A DNA stretch of 64,000 nucleotides from assembly GCA_965649825.1 (NCBI GenBank), contig OZ287705.1:768314-832313 (forward strand), read 5' to 3'. Below, in pieces: positions 1 through 13,230 of this stretch. The notes beneath the pieces are model-generated. The model was not told where the DNA came from and did no database searches. It worked only from the letters and a program-made list of their open reading frames with translations. The DNA comes from Penicillus capitatus (taxonomy: Eukaryota; Plantae; Chlorophyta). Numbering within the stretch: the first letter of the stretch is position 1; each line of letters begins with the position of its first letter. The position numbers and the translations under genes were made by a program.

Positions 1-3000
1 CGACACCGCCCAAAGCAAAACGAACCTCCGGTGATCGGCATCCGCGGTGTGTCCCGAGGCGTCCCGCACCCGTCTGCGTCGAAGATTGCCGACGGTGGGC
101 CCTCAGTCGGCCGCAGTGTGCCGAAATGTCGAATCCGGAAAGGTCGCGCCACAGCCCGAGCACGCCGCCGTCGGGCTCCAACCAAGGGTCCGTCGGCATC
201 CACTCGACCCCGCCGACAAATTCCCACCCTCGCTCGACCGTGTCGCCGGCGTCGTCGTGCACTTCCAGATCGTACTGACAGGCCAGGTTACACCTGATGC
301 GACGTAACCGCCACGATTTCAACCAAGTACGACACCGCCCAAAGCCAAACGAACCTCCGGTGATCGGCATCCGCGGTGTGTCCCGAGGCGTCCCGCACCC
401 GTCTGCGTTGTAGTCTGCCGACGGTGGGCCCTCCGTCGGCCGCAGTGTGCCGAAATGTCGAATCCGGAAAGGTCGCGCCACAGGTCGAGCACGCCGCCGT
501 CGGGCTCCAACCAAGGGTCCGTCGGCATCCACTCGACCCCGCCGACACATTCCCACCCTCGCTGGACCGTGTCGCCGGCGGCATCGTGCACTTCCAGATC
601 GTACTGACAGGCCAGGTTACACCTGATGCGACGTGACCGCCACGATTTCAACTCCGTACGACACCGCCCAAAGCCAAACGAGCCTCCACCGATCGGCATC
701 CGCGGTGTGTCCCGAGGCGTCCCGCACCCGTCTGCGTCGAAAATTGCCGACGGTGGGCCCTCCGTCGGCCGCAGTGTGCCGAAATGTCGAATCCGGAAAG
801 GTCGCGCCACAGCCCGAGCACGCCGCCGTCGGGCTCCAACCAAGGGTCCGCCGGCATCCACTCGACCCCGCCGACAAATTCCCACCCTCGCTCGACCGTG
901 TCGCCGGCGTCGTCGTGCACTTCCAGATCGTACTGACAGGCCAGGTTACACCTGATGCGACGTGACCGCCACGATTTCAACTCCGTACGACACCGCCCAA
1001 AGCCAAACGAGCCTCCACCGATTGGCATCCGCGACGTGTCCCGAGGCGTCCCGCACCCGTCTGCGTCGAAGACTGCCGACGGTCGGCCCTCCGTCGGCCG
1101 CAGTGTGCCGAAATGTCGAATCCGGAAAGGCCGCGCCACAGGCCGAGCACGCCGCCGTCGGGCTCCAACCAAGGGTCCGTCGGCATCCACTCGACCCCGC
1201 CGACCCATCTCCACCCTCGCTGGATCTTGTCGCCGGCGGCATCGTGCACTTCCAGATCGTACTGACAGGCCAGGTTACACCTGATGCGACGTAACCGCCA
1301 CGATTTCAACCAAGTACGACACCGCCCAAAGCCAAACGAGCCTCCACCGATTGGCATCCGCGACGTGTCCCGAGGCGTCCCGCACCCGTCTGCGTCGAAG
1401 ACTGCCGACGGTGGGCCCGCCGTGGGCCGCAGTGTGCCGAAATGTCGAATCCGGAAAGGTCGCGCCACAGCCCGAGAACGCCGCCGTCGGGCTCCAACCA
1501 AGGGTCCGTCGGCATCCACTCGACCCCGCCGACACATTCCCACCCTCGCTCGACCGTGTCGCCGGCGTCGTCGTGCACTTCCCGATCGTACTGACAGGCC
1601 AGGTTACACCTGATGCGACGTAACCGCCACGATTTCAACCAAGTACGACACCGCCCAAAGCAAAACGAACCTCCGGTGATCGGCATCCGCGGTGTGTCCC
1701 GAGGCGTCCCGCACCCGTCTGCGTTGTAGTCTGCCGACGGTGGGCCCTCCGTCGGCCGCAGTGTGCCGAAATGTCGAATCCGGAAAGGTCGCGCCACAGC
1801 CCGAGCACGCCGCCGTCGGGCTCCAACCAAGGGTCCGTCGGCATCCACTCGACCCCGCCGACACATTCCCACCCTCGCTGGACCGTGTCGCCGGCGTCGT
1901 CGTGCACTTTCAGATCGTACTGACAGGCCAGGTTACACCTGATGCGACGTAACCGCCACGATTTCAACCAAGTACGACACCGCCCAAAGCCAAACGAGCT
2001 TGCACCGATCGGCATCCGCGGTGTGTCCCGAGGCGTCCCGCACCCGTCTGCGTTGTAGTCTGCCGACGGTGGGCCCTCCGTCGGCCGCAGTGTGCCGAAA
2101 TGTCGAATCCGGAAAGGTCGCGCCACAGCCCGAGCACGCCGCCGTCGGGCTCCAACCAAGGGTCCGTCGGCATCCACTCGACCCCGCCGACACATTCCCA
2201 CCCTCGCTGGACCGTGTCGCCGGCGTCGTCGTGCACTTCCAGATCGTACTGACAGGCCAGGTTACACCTGATGCGACGTAACCGCCACGATTTCAACCAA
2301 GTACGACACCGCCCAAAGCCAAACGAACCTCCGGTGATCGGCATCCGCGGTGTGTCCCGAGGCGTCCCGCACCCGTCTGCGTCGAAGATTGCCGACGGTG
2401 GGCCCTCCGTCGGCCGCAGTGTGCCGAAATGTCGAATCCGGAAAGGTCGCGCCACAGCCCGAGCACGCCGCCGTCGGGCTCCAACCAAGGGTCCGTCGGC
2501 ATCCACTCGACCCCGCCGACAAATTCCCACCCTCGCTGGACCGTGTCGCCGGCGTCGTCGTGCACTTCCAGATCGTACTGACAGGCCAGGTTACACCTGA
2601 TGCGACGTAACCGCCACGATTTCAACCAAGTACGACACCGCCCAAAGCCAAACGAACCTCCGGTGATCGGCATCCGCGGTGTGTCCCGAGGCGTCCCGCA
2701 CCCGTCTGCGTTGTAGTCTGCCGACGGTGGGCCCTCCGTGGGCCGTGGTCAGCCGAAATGTCGAATCCGGAAAGGTCGCGCCACAGCCCGAGGACGCCGC
2801 CGTCGGGCTCCAACCAAGGGTCCGTCGGCATCCACTCGACCCCGCCGACACATTGCCGCCCTCGCTGGACCGTGTCGCCGGCGTCATCGTGCACTTCCAG
2901 ATCGTACTGACAGGCCAGGTTACACCTGATGCGACGTAACCGCCACGATTTCAACTCCGTACGACACCGCCCAAAGCAAAACGAACCTCCGGTGATCGGC

Positions 3001-6000
3001 ATCCGCGGTGTGTCCCGAGGCGTCCCGCACCCGTCTGCGTTGTAGTCTGCCGACGGTGGGCCCTCCGTGGGCCGTGGTCAGCCGAAATGTCGAATCCGGA
3101 AAGGCCGCGCCACAGGTCGAGCACGCCGCCGTCGGGCTCCAAACTTGGGTCCGTCGGCATCCACTCGACCCCGCCGACACATTGCCGCCCTCGCTCGACC
3201 GTGTCGCCGGCGTCATCGTGCACTTCCAGATCGTACTGACAGGCCAGGTTACACCTGATGCGACGTCACCGCCTCGATTTCAACCCCGTACGACACCGCC
3301 CAGAGCCAAACGATCCTCCACCGATTGGCATCCGCGACGTGTCCCGAGGCGTCCCGCACCCGTCTGCGTCGAAGACTGCCGACGGTGGGCCCTCCGCGGG
3401 CCGCAATCTGCCGAAATGTCGAATCCGGAAAGGCCGCGCCACAGGCCGAGCACGCCGCCGTCGGTCGCCAAACTTGGGTCCGTCCGCATCCACTCGACCC
3501 CGCCGACACATCCCCACCCTCGCTCGACCGTGTCGCCGGCGTCATCGCGCACTTCCAGATCGTACTGACAGGCCAGGTTACACCTGATGCGACGTGACCG
3601 CCTCGATTTCAACCAAGTGCGACGGCTCCCAGAGCCAAACGAACCTCCGGTGATTGGCATCCGCGACGTGTCCCGAGGCGTCCCGCACCCGTCTGCGTCG
3701 AAGACTGCCGACGGTGGGCCCTCCGCGGGCCGCAATCTGCCGAAATGTCGAATCCGGAAAGGCCGCGCCACAGGCCGAGCACGCCGCCGTCGGTCGCCAA
3801 ACTTGGGTCCGTCCGCATCCACTCGACCCCGCCGACACATCCCCACCCTCGCTCGACCGTGTCGCCGGCGTCATCGCGCACTTCCAGATCGTACTGACAG
3901 GCCAGGTTACACCTGATGCGACGTGACCGCCTCGATTTCAACTCCGTACGACACCGCCCAAAGCAAAACGAACCTCCGGAGATCGGCATCCGCGACGTGT
4001 CCCGAGGCGTCCCGCACCCGTCTGCGTTGTAGTCTGCCGACGGTGGGCCCTCCGTGGGCCGTGGTCAGCCGAAATGTCGAATCCGGAAAGGTCGCGCCAC
4101 AGCCCGAGGACGCCGCCGTCGGGCTCCAACCAAGGGTCCGTCGGCATCCACTCGACCCCGCCGACCCATCCCCGCCCTCGCTGGACCGTGTCGCCGGCGG
4201 CATCGTGCACTTCCATATCGTACTGACAGGCCAGGTTACACCTGATGCGACGTCACCGCCTCGATTTCAACCCCGTACGACACCGCCCAGAGCCAAACGA
4301 GCTTGCACCGATTGGCATCCGCGACGTGTCCCGAGGCGTCCCGCACCCGTCTGCGTCGAAGACTGCCGACGGCGGGCCCTCCGTCGGCCGCAGTGTGCCG
4401 AAATGTCGAATCCGGAAAGGCCGCGCCACAGGCCGAGCACGCCGCCGTCGGGCTTCAACCAAGGGTCCGTCGGCATCCACTCGACCCCGCCGACACATTC
4501 CCACCCTCGCTGGACCGTGTCGCCGGCGTCGTCGTGCACTTCCAGATCGTACTGACAGGCCAGGTTACACCTGATGCGACGTCACCGCCTCGATTTCAAC
4601 CAAGTGCGACACCGCCCAGAGCCAAACGAGCCTCCACCGATTGGCATCCGCGGCGTGTCCCGAGGCGTCCCGCACCCGTCTGCGTCGAAGACTGCCGACG
4701 GTCGGCCCTCCGTCGGCCGCAATCTGCCGAAATGTCGAATCCGGAAAGGCCGCGCCACAGGTCGAGCACGCCGCCGTCGGGCTCCAAACTTGGGTCCGTC
4801 GGCATCCACTCGACCCCGCCGACACATTCCCACCCTCGCTCGACCGTGTCGCCGGCGTCGTCGTGCACTTCCAGATCGTACTGACAGGCCGGGTTACACC
4901 TGATGCGACGTAACCGCCACGATTTCAACCCCGTACGACACCGCCCAGAGCCAAACGAGCCTGCACCGATTGGCATCCGCGGTGTGTCCCGAGGCGTCCC
5001 GCACCCGTCTGCGTTGTAGTCTGCCGACGGTGGGCCCTCCGTCGGCCGCAATCTGCCGAAATGTCGAATCCGGAAAGGTCGCGCCACAGCCCGAGAACGC
5101 CGCCGTCGGGCTCCAACCAAGGGTCCGTCCGCATCCACTCGACCCCGCCGACACATTGCCGCCCTCGCTGGACCGTGTCGCCGGCGTCCTCGTGCACTTC
5201 CGGATCGTACTGACAGGCCAGGTTACACCTGATGCGACGTGACCGCCTCGATTTCAACCAAGTACGACACCGCCCAGAGCCAAACGAACCTCCGGTGATC
5301 GGCATCCGCGGCGTGTCCCGAGGCGTCCCGCACCCGTCTGCGTCGAAGACTGCCGACGGCGGGCCCTCCGTCGGCCGCAATCTGCCGAAATGTCGAATCC
5401 GGAAAGGCCGCGCCACAGCCCGAGGACGCCGCCGTGGGGCTCCAACCAAGGGTCCGTCGGCATCCACTCGACCCCGCCGACACATTGCCGCCCTCGCTGG
5501 ACCGTGTCGCCGGCGTCATCGTGCACTTCCAGATCGTACTGACAGGCCAGGTTACACCTGATGCGACGTAACCGCCACGATTTCAACCAAGTACGACACC
5601 GCCCAAAGCCAAACGAGCTTGCACCGATCGGCATCCGCGGTGTGTCCCGAGGCGTCCCGCACCCGTCTGCGTTGTAGTCTGCCGACGGTGGGCCCTCCGT
5701 GGGCCGTGGTCAGCCGAAATGTCGAATCCGGAAAGGTCGCGCCACAGCCCGAGGACGCCTCCGTCGGGCTCCAACCAAGGGTCCGTCCGCATCCACTCGA
5801 CCCCGCCGACACATTCCCACCCTCGCTCGACCGTGTCGCCGGCGTCATCGTGCACTTCCAGATCGTACTGACAGGCCAGGTTACACCTGATGCGACGTAA
5901 CGGCCTCGATTTCAACCAAGTACGACACCGCCCAAAGCCAAACGAGCCTCCACCGATCGGCATCCGCGGTGTGTCCCGAGGCGTCCCGCACCCGTCTGCG

Positions 6001-9000
6001 TTGTAGTCTGCCGACGGTGGGCCCTCCGTCGGCCGCAATCTGCCGAAATGTCGAATCCGGAAAGGTCGCGCCACAGCCCGAGAACGCCGCCGTCGGGCTC
6101 CAACCAAGGGTCCGTCCGCATCCACTCGACCCCGCCGACACATTGCCGCCCTCGCTGGACCGTGTCGCCGGCGTCATCGTGCACTTCCAGATCGTACTGA
6201 CAGGCCAGGTTACACCTGATGCGACGTAACGGCCTCGATTTCAACTCCGTACGACACCGCCCAAAGCAAAACGAACCTCCGGTGATCGGCATCCGCGGTG
6301 TGTCCCGAGGCGTCCCGCACCCGTCTGCGTTGTAGTCTGCCGACGGTGGGCCCTCCGTGGGCCGTGGTCAGCCGAAATGTCGAATCCGGAAAGGTCGCGC
6401 CACAGCCCGAGAACGCCTCCGTCGGGCTCCAACCAAGGGTCCGTCCGCATCCACTCGACCCCGCCGACACATTGCCGCCCTCGCTGGACCGTGTCGCCGG
6501 CGTCATCGTGCACTTCCAGATCGTACTGACAGGCCAGGTTACACCTGATGCGACGTAACGGCCTCGATTTCAACTCCGTACGACACCGCCCAAAGCAAAA
6601 CGAACCTCCGGAGATCGGCATCCGCGGTGTGTCCCGAGGCGTCCCGCACCCGTCTGCGTTGTAGTCTGCCGACGGTGGGCCCTCCGTGGGCCGTGGTCAG
6701 CCGAAATGTCGAATCCGGAAAGGTCGCGCCACAGCCCGAGGACGCCGCCGTCGGGCTCCAACCAAGGGTCCGTCGGCATCCACTCGACCCCGCCGACACA
6801 TTGCCGCCCTCGCTGGACCGTGTCGCCGGCGTCATCGTGCACTTCCAGATCGTACTGACAGGCCAGGTTACACCTGATGCGACGTAACCGCCACGATTTC
6901 AACTCCGTACGACACCGCCCAAAGCAAAACGAACCTCCGGTGATCGGCATCCGCGGTGTGTCCCGAGGCGTCCCGCACCCGTCTGCGTTGTAGTCTGCCG
7001 ACGGTGGGCCCTCCGTGGGCCGTGGTCAGCCGAAATGTCGAATCCGGAAAGGCCGCGCCACAGGTCGAGCACGCCGCCGTCGGGCTCCAAACTTGGGTCC
7101 GTCGGCATCCACTCGACCCCGCCGACACATTGCCGCCCTCGCTCGACCGTGTCGCCGGCGTCATCGTGCACTTCCAGATCGTACTGACAGGCCAGGTTAC
7201 ACCTGATGCGACGTCACCGCCTCGATTTCAACCCCGTACGACACCGCCCAGAGCCAAACGATCCTCCACCGATTGGCATCCGCGACGTGTCCCGAGGCGT
7301 CCCGCACCCGTCTGCGTCGAAGACTGCCGACGGTGGGCCCTCCGCGGGCCGCAATCTGCCGAAATGTCGAATCCGGAAAGGCCGCGCCACAGGCCGAGCA
7401 CGCCGCCGTCGGTCGCCAAACTTGGGTCCGTCCGCATCCACTCGACCCCGCCGACACATCCCCACCCTCGCTCGACCGTGTCGCCGGCGTCATCGCGCAC
7501 TTCCAGATCGTACTGACAGGCCAGGTTACACCTGATGCGACGTGACCGCCTCGATTTCAACCAAGTGCGACGGCTCCCAGAGCCAAACGAACCTCCGGTG
7601 ATTGGCATCCGCGACGTGTCCCGAGGCGTCCCGCACCCGTCTGCGTCGAAGACTGCCGACGGTGGGCCCTCCGCGGGCCGCAATCTGCCGAAATGTCGAA
7701 TCCGGAAAGGCCGCGCCACAGGCCGAGCACGCCGCCGTCGGTCGCCAAACTTGGGTCCGTCCGCATCCACTCGACCCCGCCGACACATCCCCACCCTCGC
7801 TCGACCGTGTCGCCGGCGTCATCGCGCACTTCCAGATCGTACTGACAGGCCAGGTTACACCTGATGCGACGTGACCGCCTCGATTTCAACTCCGTACGAC
7901 ACCGCCCAAAGCAAAACGAACCTCCGGAGATCGGCATCCGCGACGTGTCCCGAGGCGTCCCGCACCCGTCTGCGTTGTAGTCTGCCGACGGTGGGCCCTC
8001 CGTGGGCCGTGGTCAGCCGAAATGTCGAATCCGGAAAGGTCGCGCCACAGCCCGAGGACGCCGCCGTCGGGCTCCAACCAAGGGTCCGTCGGCATCCACT
8101 CGACCCCGCCGACCCATCCCCGCCCTCGCTGGACCGTGTCGCCGGCGGCATCGTGCACTTCCATATCGTACTGACAGGCCAGGTTACACCTGATGCGACG
8201 TCACCGCCTCGATTTCAACCCCGTACGACACCGCCCAGAGCCAAACGAGCTTGCACCGATTGGCATCCGCGACGTGTCCCGAGGCGTCCCGCACCCGTCT
8301 GCGTCGAAGACTGCCGACGGCGGGCCCTCCGTCGGCCGCAGTGTGCCGAAATGTCGAATCCGGAAAGGCCGCGCCACAGGCCGAGCACGCCGCCGTCGGG
8401 CTTCAACCAAGGGTCCGTCGGCATCCACTCGACCCCGCCGACACATTCCCACCCTCGCTGGACCGTGTCGCCGGCGTCGTCGTGCACTTCCAGATCGTAC
8501 TGACAGGCCAGGTTACACCTGATGCGACGTCACCGCCTCGATTTCAACCAAGTGCGACACCGCCCAGAGCCAAACGAGCCTCCACCGATTGGCATCCGCG
8601 GCGTGTCCCGAGGCGTCCCGCACCCGTCTGCGTCGAAGACTGCCGACGGTCGGCCCTCCGTCGGCCGCAATCTGCCGAAATGTCGAATCCGGAAAGGCCG
8701 CGCCACAGGTCGAGCACGCCGCCGTCGGGCTCCAAACTTGGGTCCGTCGGCATCCACTCGACCCCGCCGACACATTCCCACCCTCGCTCGACCGTGTCGC
8801 CGGCGTCGTCGTGCACTTCCAGATCGTACTGACAGGCCGGGTTACACCTGATGCGACGTAACCGCCACGATTTCAACCCCGTACGACACCGCCCAGAGCC
8901 AAACGAGCCTGCACCGATTGGCATCCGCGGTGTGTCCCGAGGCGTCCCGCACCCGTCTGCGTCGAAGACTGCCGACGGCGGGCCCTCCGTCGGCCGCAAT

Positions 9001-12000
9001 CTGCCGAAATGTCGAATCCGGAAAGGCCGCGCCACAGCCCGAGCACGCCGCCGTCGGGCTCCAACCAAGGGTCCGTCGGCATCCACTCGACCCCGCCGAC
9101 ACATCCCCGCCCTCGCTCGACCGTGTCGCCGGCGTCGTCGTGCACTTCCAGATCGTACTGACAGGCCAGGTTACACCTGATGCGACGTGACCGCCTCGAT
9201 TTCAACCAAGTGCGACGGCTCCCAGAGCCAAACGAACCTCCGGTGATTGGCATCCGCGGTGTGTCCCGAGGCGTCCCGCACCCGTCTGCGTCGAAGACTG
9301 CCGACGGAGGGCCCTCCGCGGGCCGCAATCTGCCGAAATGTCGAATCCGGAAAGGCCGCGCCACAGGTCGAGCACGCCGCCGCCGGGCTCCAACCAAGGG
9401 TCCGTCGGCATCCACTCGACCCCGCCGACACATTGCCGCCCTCGCTCGACCGTGTCGCCGGCGTCATCGTGCACTTCCAGATCGTACTGACAGGCCAGGT
9501 TACACCTGATGCGACGTCACCGCCTCGATTTCAACCCCGTACGACACCGCCCAGAGCCAAACGAGCTTGCACCGATTGGCATCCGCGGCGTGTCCCGAGG
9601 CGTCCCGCACCCGTCTGCGTTGTAGTCTGCCGACGGCGGGCCCTCCGTCGGCCGCAATCTGCCGAAATGTCGAATCCGGAAAGGTCGCGCCACAGCCCGA
9701 GGACGCCGCCGTCGGGCTCCAACCAAGGGTCCGTCGGCATCCACTCGACCCCGCCGACACATCCCCGCCCTCGCTCGACCGTGTCGCCGGCGTCATCGTG
9801 CACTTCCAGATCGTACTGACAGGCCAGGTTACACCTGATGCGACGTGACCGCCTCGATTTCAACCAAGTACGACACCGCCCAAAGCCAAACGAGCCTCCG
9901 GTGATCGGCATCCGCGACGTGTCCCGAGGCGTCCCGCACCCGTCTGCGTCGAAGACTGCCGACGGTGGGCCCTCCGCGGGCCGCAATCTGCCGAAATGTC
10001 GAATCCGGAAAGGCCGCGCCACAGGCCGAGCACGCCGCCGTCGGTCGCCAAACTTGGGTCCGTCCGCATCCACTCGACCCCGCCGACACATCCCCACCCT
10101 CGCTCGACCGTGTCGCCGGCGTCATCGCGCACTTCCAGATCGTACTGACAGGCCAGGTTACACCTGATGCGACGTGACCGCCTCGATTTCAACCAAGTGC
10201 GACGGCTCCCAGAGCCAAACGAACCTCCGGTGATTGGCATCCGCGGTGTGTCCCGAGGCGTCCCGCACCCGTCTGCGTCGAAGACTGCCGACGGAGGGCC
10301 CTCCGCGGGCCGCAATCTGCCGAAATGTCGAATCCGGAAAGGCCGCGCCACAGGTCGAGCACGCCGCCGCCGGGCTCCAACCAAGGGTCCGTCGGCATCC
10401 ACTCGACCCCGCCGACCCATCCCCGCCCTCGCTGGACCGTGTCGCCGGCGGCATCGTGCACTTCCATATCGTACTGACAGGCCAGGTTACACCTGATGCG
10501 ACGTCACCGCCTCGATTTCAACCCCGTACGACACCGCCCAGAGCCAAACGAGCTTGCACCGATTGGCATCCGCGACGTGTCCCGAGGCGTCCCGCACCCG
10601 TCTGCGTCGAAGACTGCCGACGGCGGGCCCTCCGTCGGCCGCAGTGTGCCGAAATGTCGAATCCGGAAAGGCCGCGCCACAGGCCGAGCACGCCGCCGTC
10701 GGGCTTCAACCAAGGGTCCGTCGGCATCCACTCGACCCCGCCGACACATTCCCACCCTCGCTGGACCGTGTCGCCGGCGTCGTCGTGCACTTCCAGATCG
10801 TACTGACAGGCCAGGTTACACCTGATGCGACGTCACCGCCTCGATTTCAACCAAGTGCGACACCGCCCAGAGCCAAACGAGCCTCCACCGATTGGCATCC
10901 GCGGCGTGTCCCGAGGCGTCCCGCACCCGTCTGCGTCGAAGACTGCCGACGGTCGGCCCTCCGTCGGCCGCAATCTGCCGAAATGTCGAATCCGGAAAGG
11001 CCGCGCCACAGGTCGAGCACGCCGCCGTCGGGCTCCAAACTTGGGTCCGTCGGCATCCACTCGACCCCGCCGACACATTCCCACCCTCGCTCGACCGTGT
11101 CGCCGGCGTCGTCGTGCACTTCCAGATCGTACTGACAGGCCGGGTTACACCTGATGCGACGTAACCGCCACGATTTCAACCCCGTACGACACCGCCCAGA
11201 GCCAAACGAGCCTGCACCGATTGGCATCCGCGGTGTGTCCCGAGGCGTCCCGCACCCGTCTGCGTCGAAGACTGCCGACGGCGGGCCCTCCGTCGGCCGC
11301 AATCTGCCGAAATGTCGAATCCGGAAAGGCCGCGCCACAGCCCGAGCACGCCGCCGTCGGGCTCCAACCAAGGGTCCGTCGGCATCCACTCGACCCCGCC
11401 GACACATCCCCGCCCTCGCTCGACCGTGTCGCCGGCGTCGTCGTGCACTTCCAGATCGTACTGACAGGCCAGGTTACACCTGATGCGACGTGACCGCCTC
11501 GATTTCAACCAAGTGCGACGGCTCCCAGAGCCAAACGAACCTCCGGTGATTGGCATCCGCGGTGTGTCCCGAGGCGTCCCGCACCCGTCTGCGTCGAAGA
11601 CTGCCGACGGAGGGCCCTCCGCGGGCCGCAATCTGCCGAAATGTCGAATCCGGAAAGGCCGCGCCACAGGTCGAGCACGCCGCCGCCGGGCTCCAACCAA
11701 GGGTCCGTCGGCATCCACTCGACCCCGCCGACCCATCCCCGCCCTCGCTGGACCGTGTCGCCGGCGGCATCGTGCACTTCCATATCGTACTGACAGGCCA
11801 GGTTACACCTGATGCGACGTCACCGCCTCGATTTCAACCCCGTACGACACCGCCCAGAGCCAAACGAGCTTGCACCGATTGGCATCCGCGGCGTGTCCCG
11901 AGGCGTCCCGCACCCGTCTGCGTTGTAGTCTGCCGACGGCGGGCCCTCCGTCGGCCGCAATCTGCCGAAATGTCGAATCCGGAAAGGTCGCGCCACAGCC

Positions 12001-13230
12001 CGAGGACGCCGCCGTCGGGCTCCAACCAAGGGTCCGTCGGCATCCACTCGACCCCGCCGACACATCCCCGCCCTCGCTCGACCGTGTCGCCGGCGTCATC
12101 GTGCACTTCCAGATCGTACTGACAGGCCAGGTTACACCTGATGCGACGTGACCGCCTCGATTTCAACCAAGTACGACACCGCCCAAAGCCAAACGAGCCT
12201 CCGGTGATCGGCATCCGCGGCGTGTCCCGAGGCGTCCCGCACCCGTCTGCGTCGAAGACTGCCGACGGCGGGCCCTCCGTCGGCCGCAATCTGCCGAAAT
12301 GTCGAATCCGGAAAGGCCGCGCCACAGCCCGAGCACGCCGCCGTCGGGCTCCAACCAAGGGTCCGTCGGCATCCACTCGACCCCGCCGACACATCCCCGC
12401 CCTCGCTCGACCGTGTCGCCGGCGTCGTCGTGCACTTCCGGATCGTACTGACAGGCCAGGTTACACCTGATGCGACGTGACCGCCTCGATTTCAACCAAG
12501 TACGACACCGCCCAAAGCCAAACGAGCCTCCGGTGATCGGCATCCGCGGCGTGTCCCGAGGCGTCCCGCACCCGTCTGCGTCGAAGACTGCCGACGGCGG
12601 GCCCTCCGTCGGCCGCAATCTGCCCAAATGTCGAATCCGGAAAGGCCGCGCCACAGCCCGAGCACGCCGCCGTCGGGCTCCAACCAAGGGTCCGTCGGCA
12701 TCCACTCGACCCCGCCGACACATCCCCGCCCTCGCTCGACCGTGTCGCCGGCGTCGTCGTGCACTTCCGGATCGTACTGACAGGCCAGGTTACACCTGAT
12801 GCGACGTGACCGCCTCGATTTCAACCAAGTACGACACCGCCCAAAGCCAAACGAGCCTCCGGTGATCGGCATCCGCGGCGTGTCCCGAGGCGTCCCGCAC
12901 CCGTCTGCGTCGAAGACTGCCGACGGCGGGCCCTCCGTCGGCCGCAATCTGCCGAAATGTCGAATCCGGAAAGGCCGCGCCACAGCCCGAGAACGCCGCC
13001 GTCGGGCTCCAACCAAGGGTCCGTCGGCATCCACTCGACCCCGCCGACACATCCCCGCCCTCGCTCGACCGTGTCGCCGGCGTCATCGTGCACTTCCAGA
13101 TCGTACTGACAGGCCAGGTTACACCTGATGCGACGTGACCGCCTCGATTTCAACCAAGTACGACACCGCCCAAAGCCAAACGAGCCTCCGGTGATTGGCA
13201 TCCGCGGCGTGTCCCGAGGCGTCCCGCACC
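1..13230. repeat. 329-bp tandem satellite array: 40 complete monomers plus a 70-bp partial; runs off the window start
   Basis: Motif CGACA/GCCGCCCA recurs at 1, 330, ..., 13161 (1+329k). The ORF track repeats with a 329-nt period. The array stops at 13230 (...gtcccgcacc|gactgaatc). Monomer 1 is 212/329 G+C by manual count. Confidence 0.99.

Noticed and set aside
1-13230. Satellite as a protein-coding tandem-exon gene (86-210 aa ORFs in most frames; some variants look synonymous)
   Set aside because: 329 is not a multiple of 3. A manual tally of variable sites in the best plus-strand frame gave roughly 20/25/23 at codon positions 1/2/3, so no third-position bias. Stops segregate among monomers in the candidate frames. 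Frame-restoring introns would need GAG acceptors or 19-nt introns. Long ORFs are expected at 64% GC.
1-13230. Self-cleaving ribozyme satellite (hammerhead, HDV-like or twister), prompted by ~330-nt ribozyme satellites in animals
   Set aside because: Only near-misses. CTGATGC instead of CUGANGA, with the next GAAA ~155 nt away and a 3-bp stem I. CCCTCGCTGG resembles the HDV L3 loop but P3 is broken in about half the monomers and P1/P1.1 partners are missing. The twister-like TAAC is polymorphic. An Infernal/RNAMotif scan or in vitro transcription would settle it.
1-13230. CRISPR array, 5S rDNA, tRNA or spliced-leader RNA gene array
   Set aside because: No unique spacers and no cas genes. No 5S similarity and no cloverleaf around TCGAATCC. 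The Sm-like segment ATCTGGAAG is polymorphic, and no monomer-derived leader or consistent acceptor is seen before downstream ATGs.
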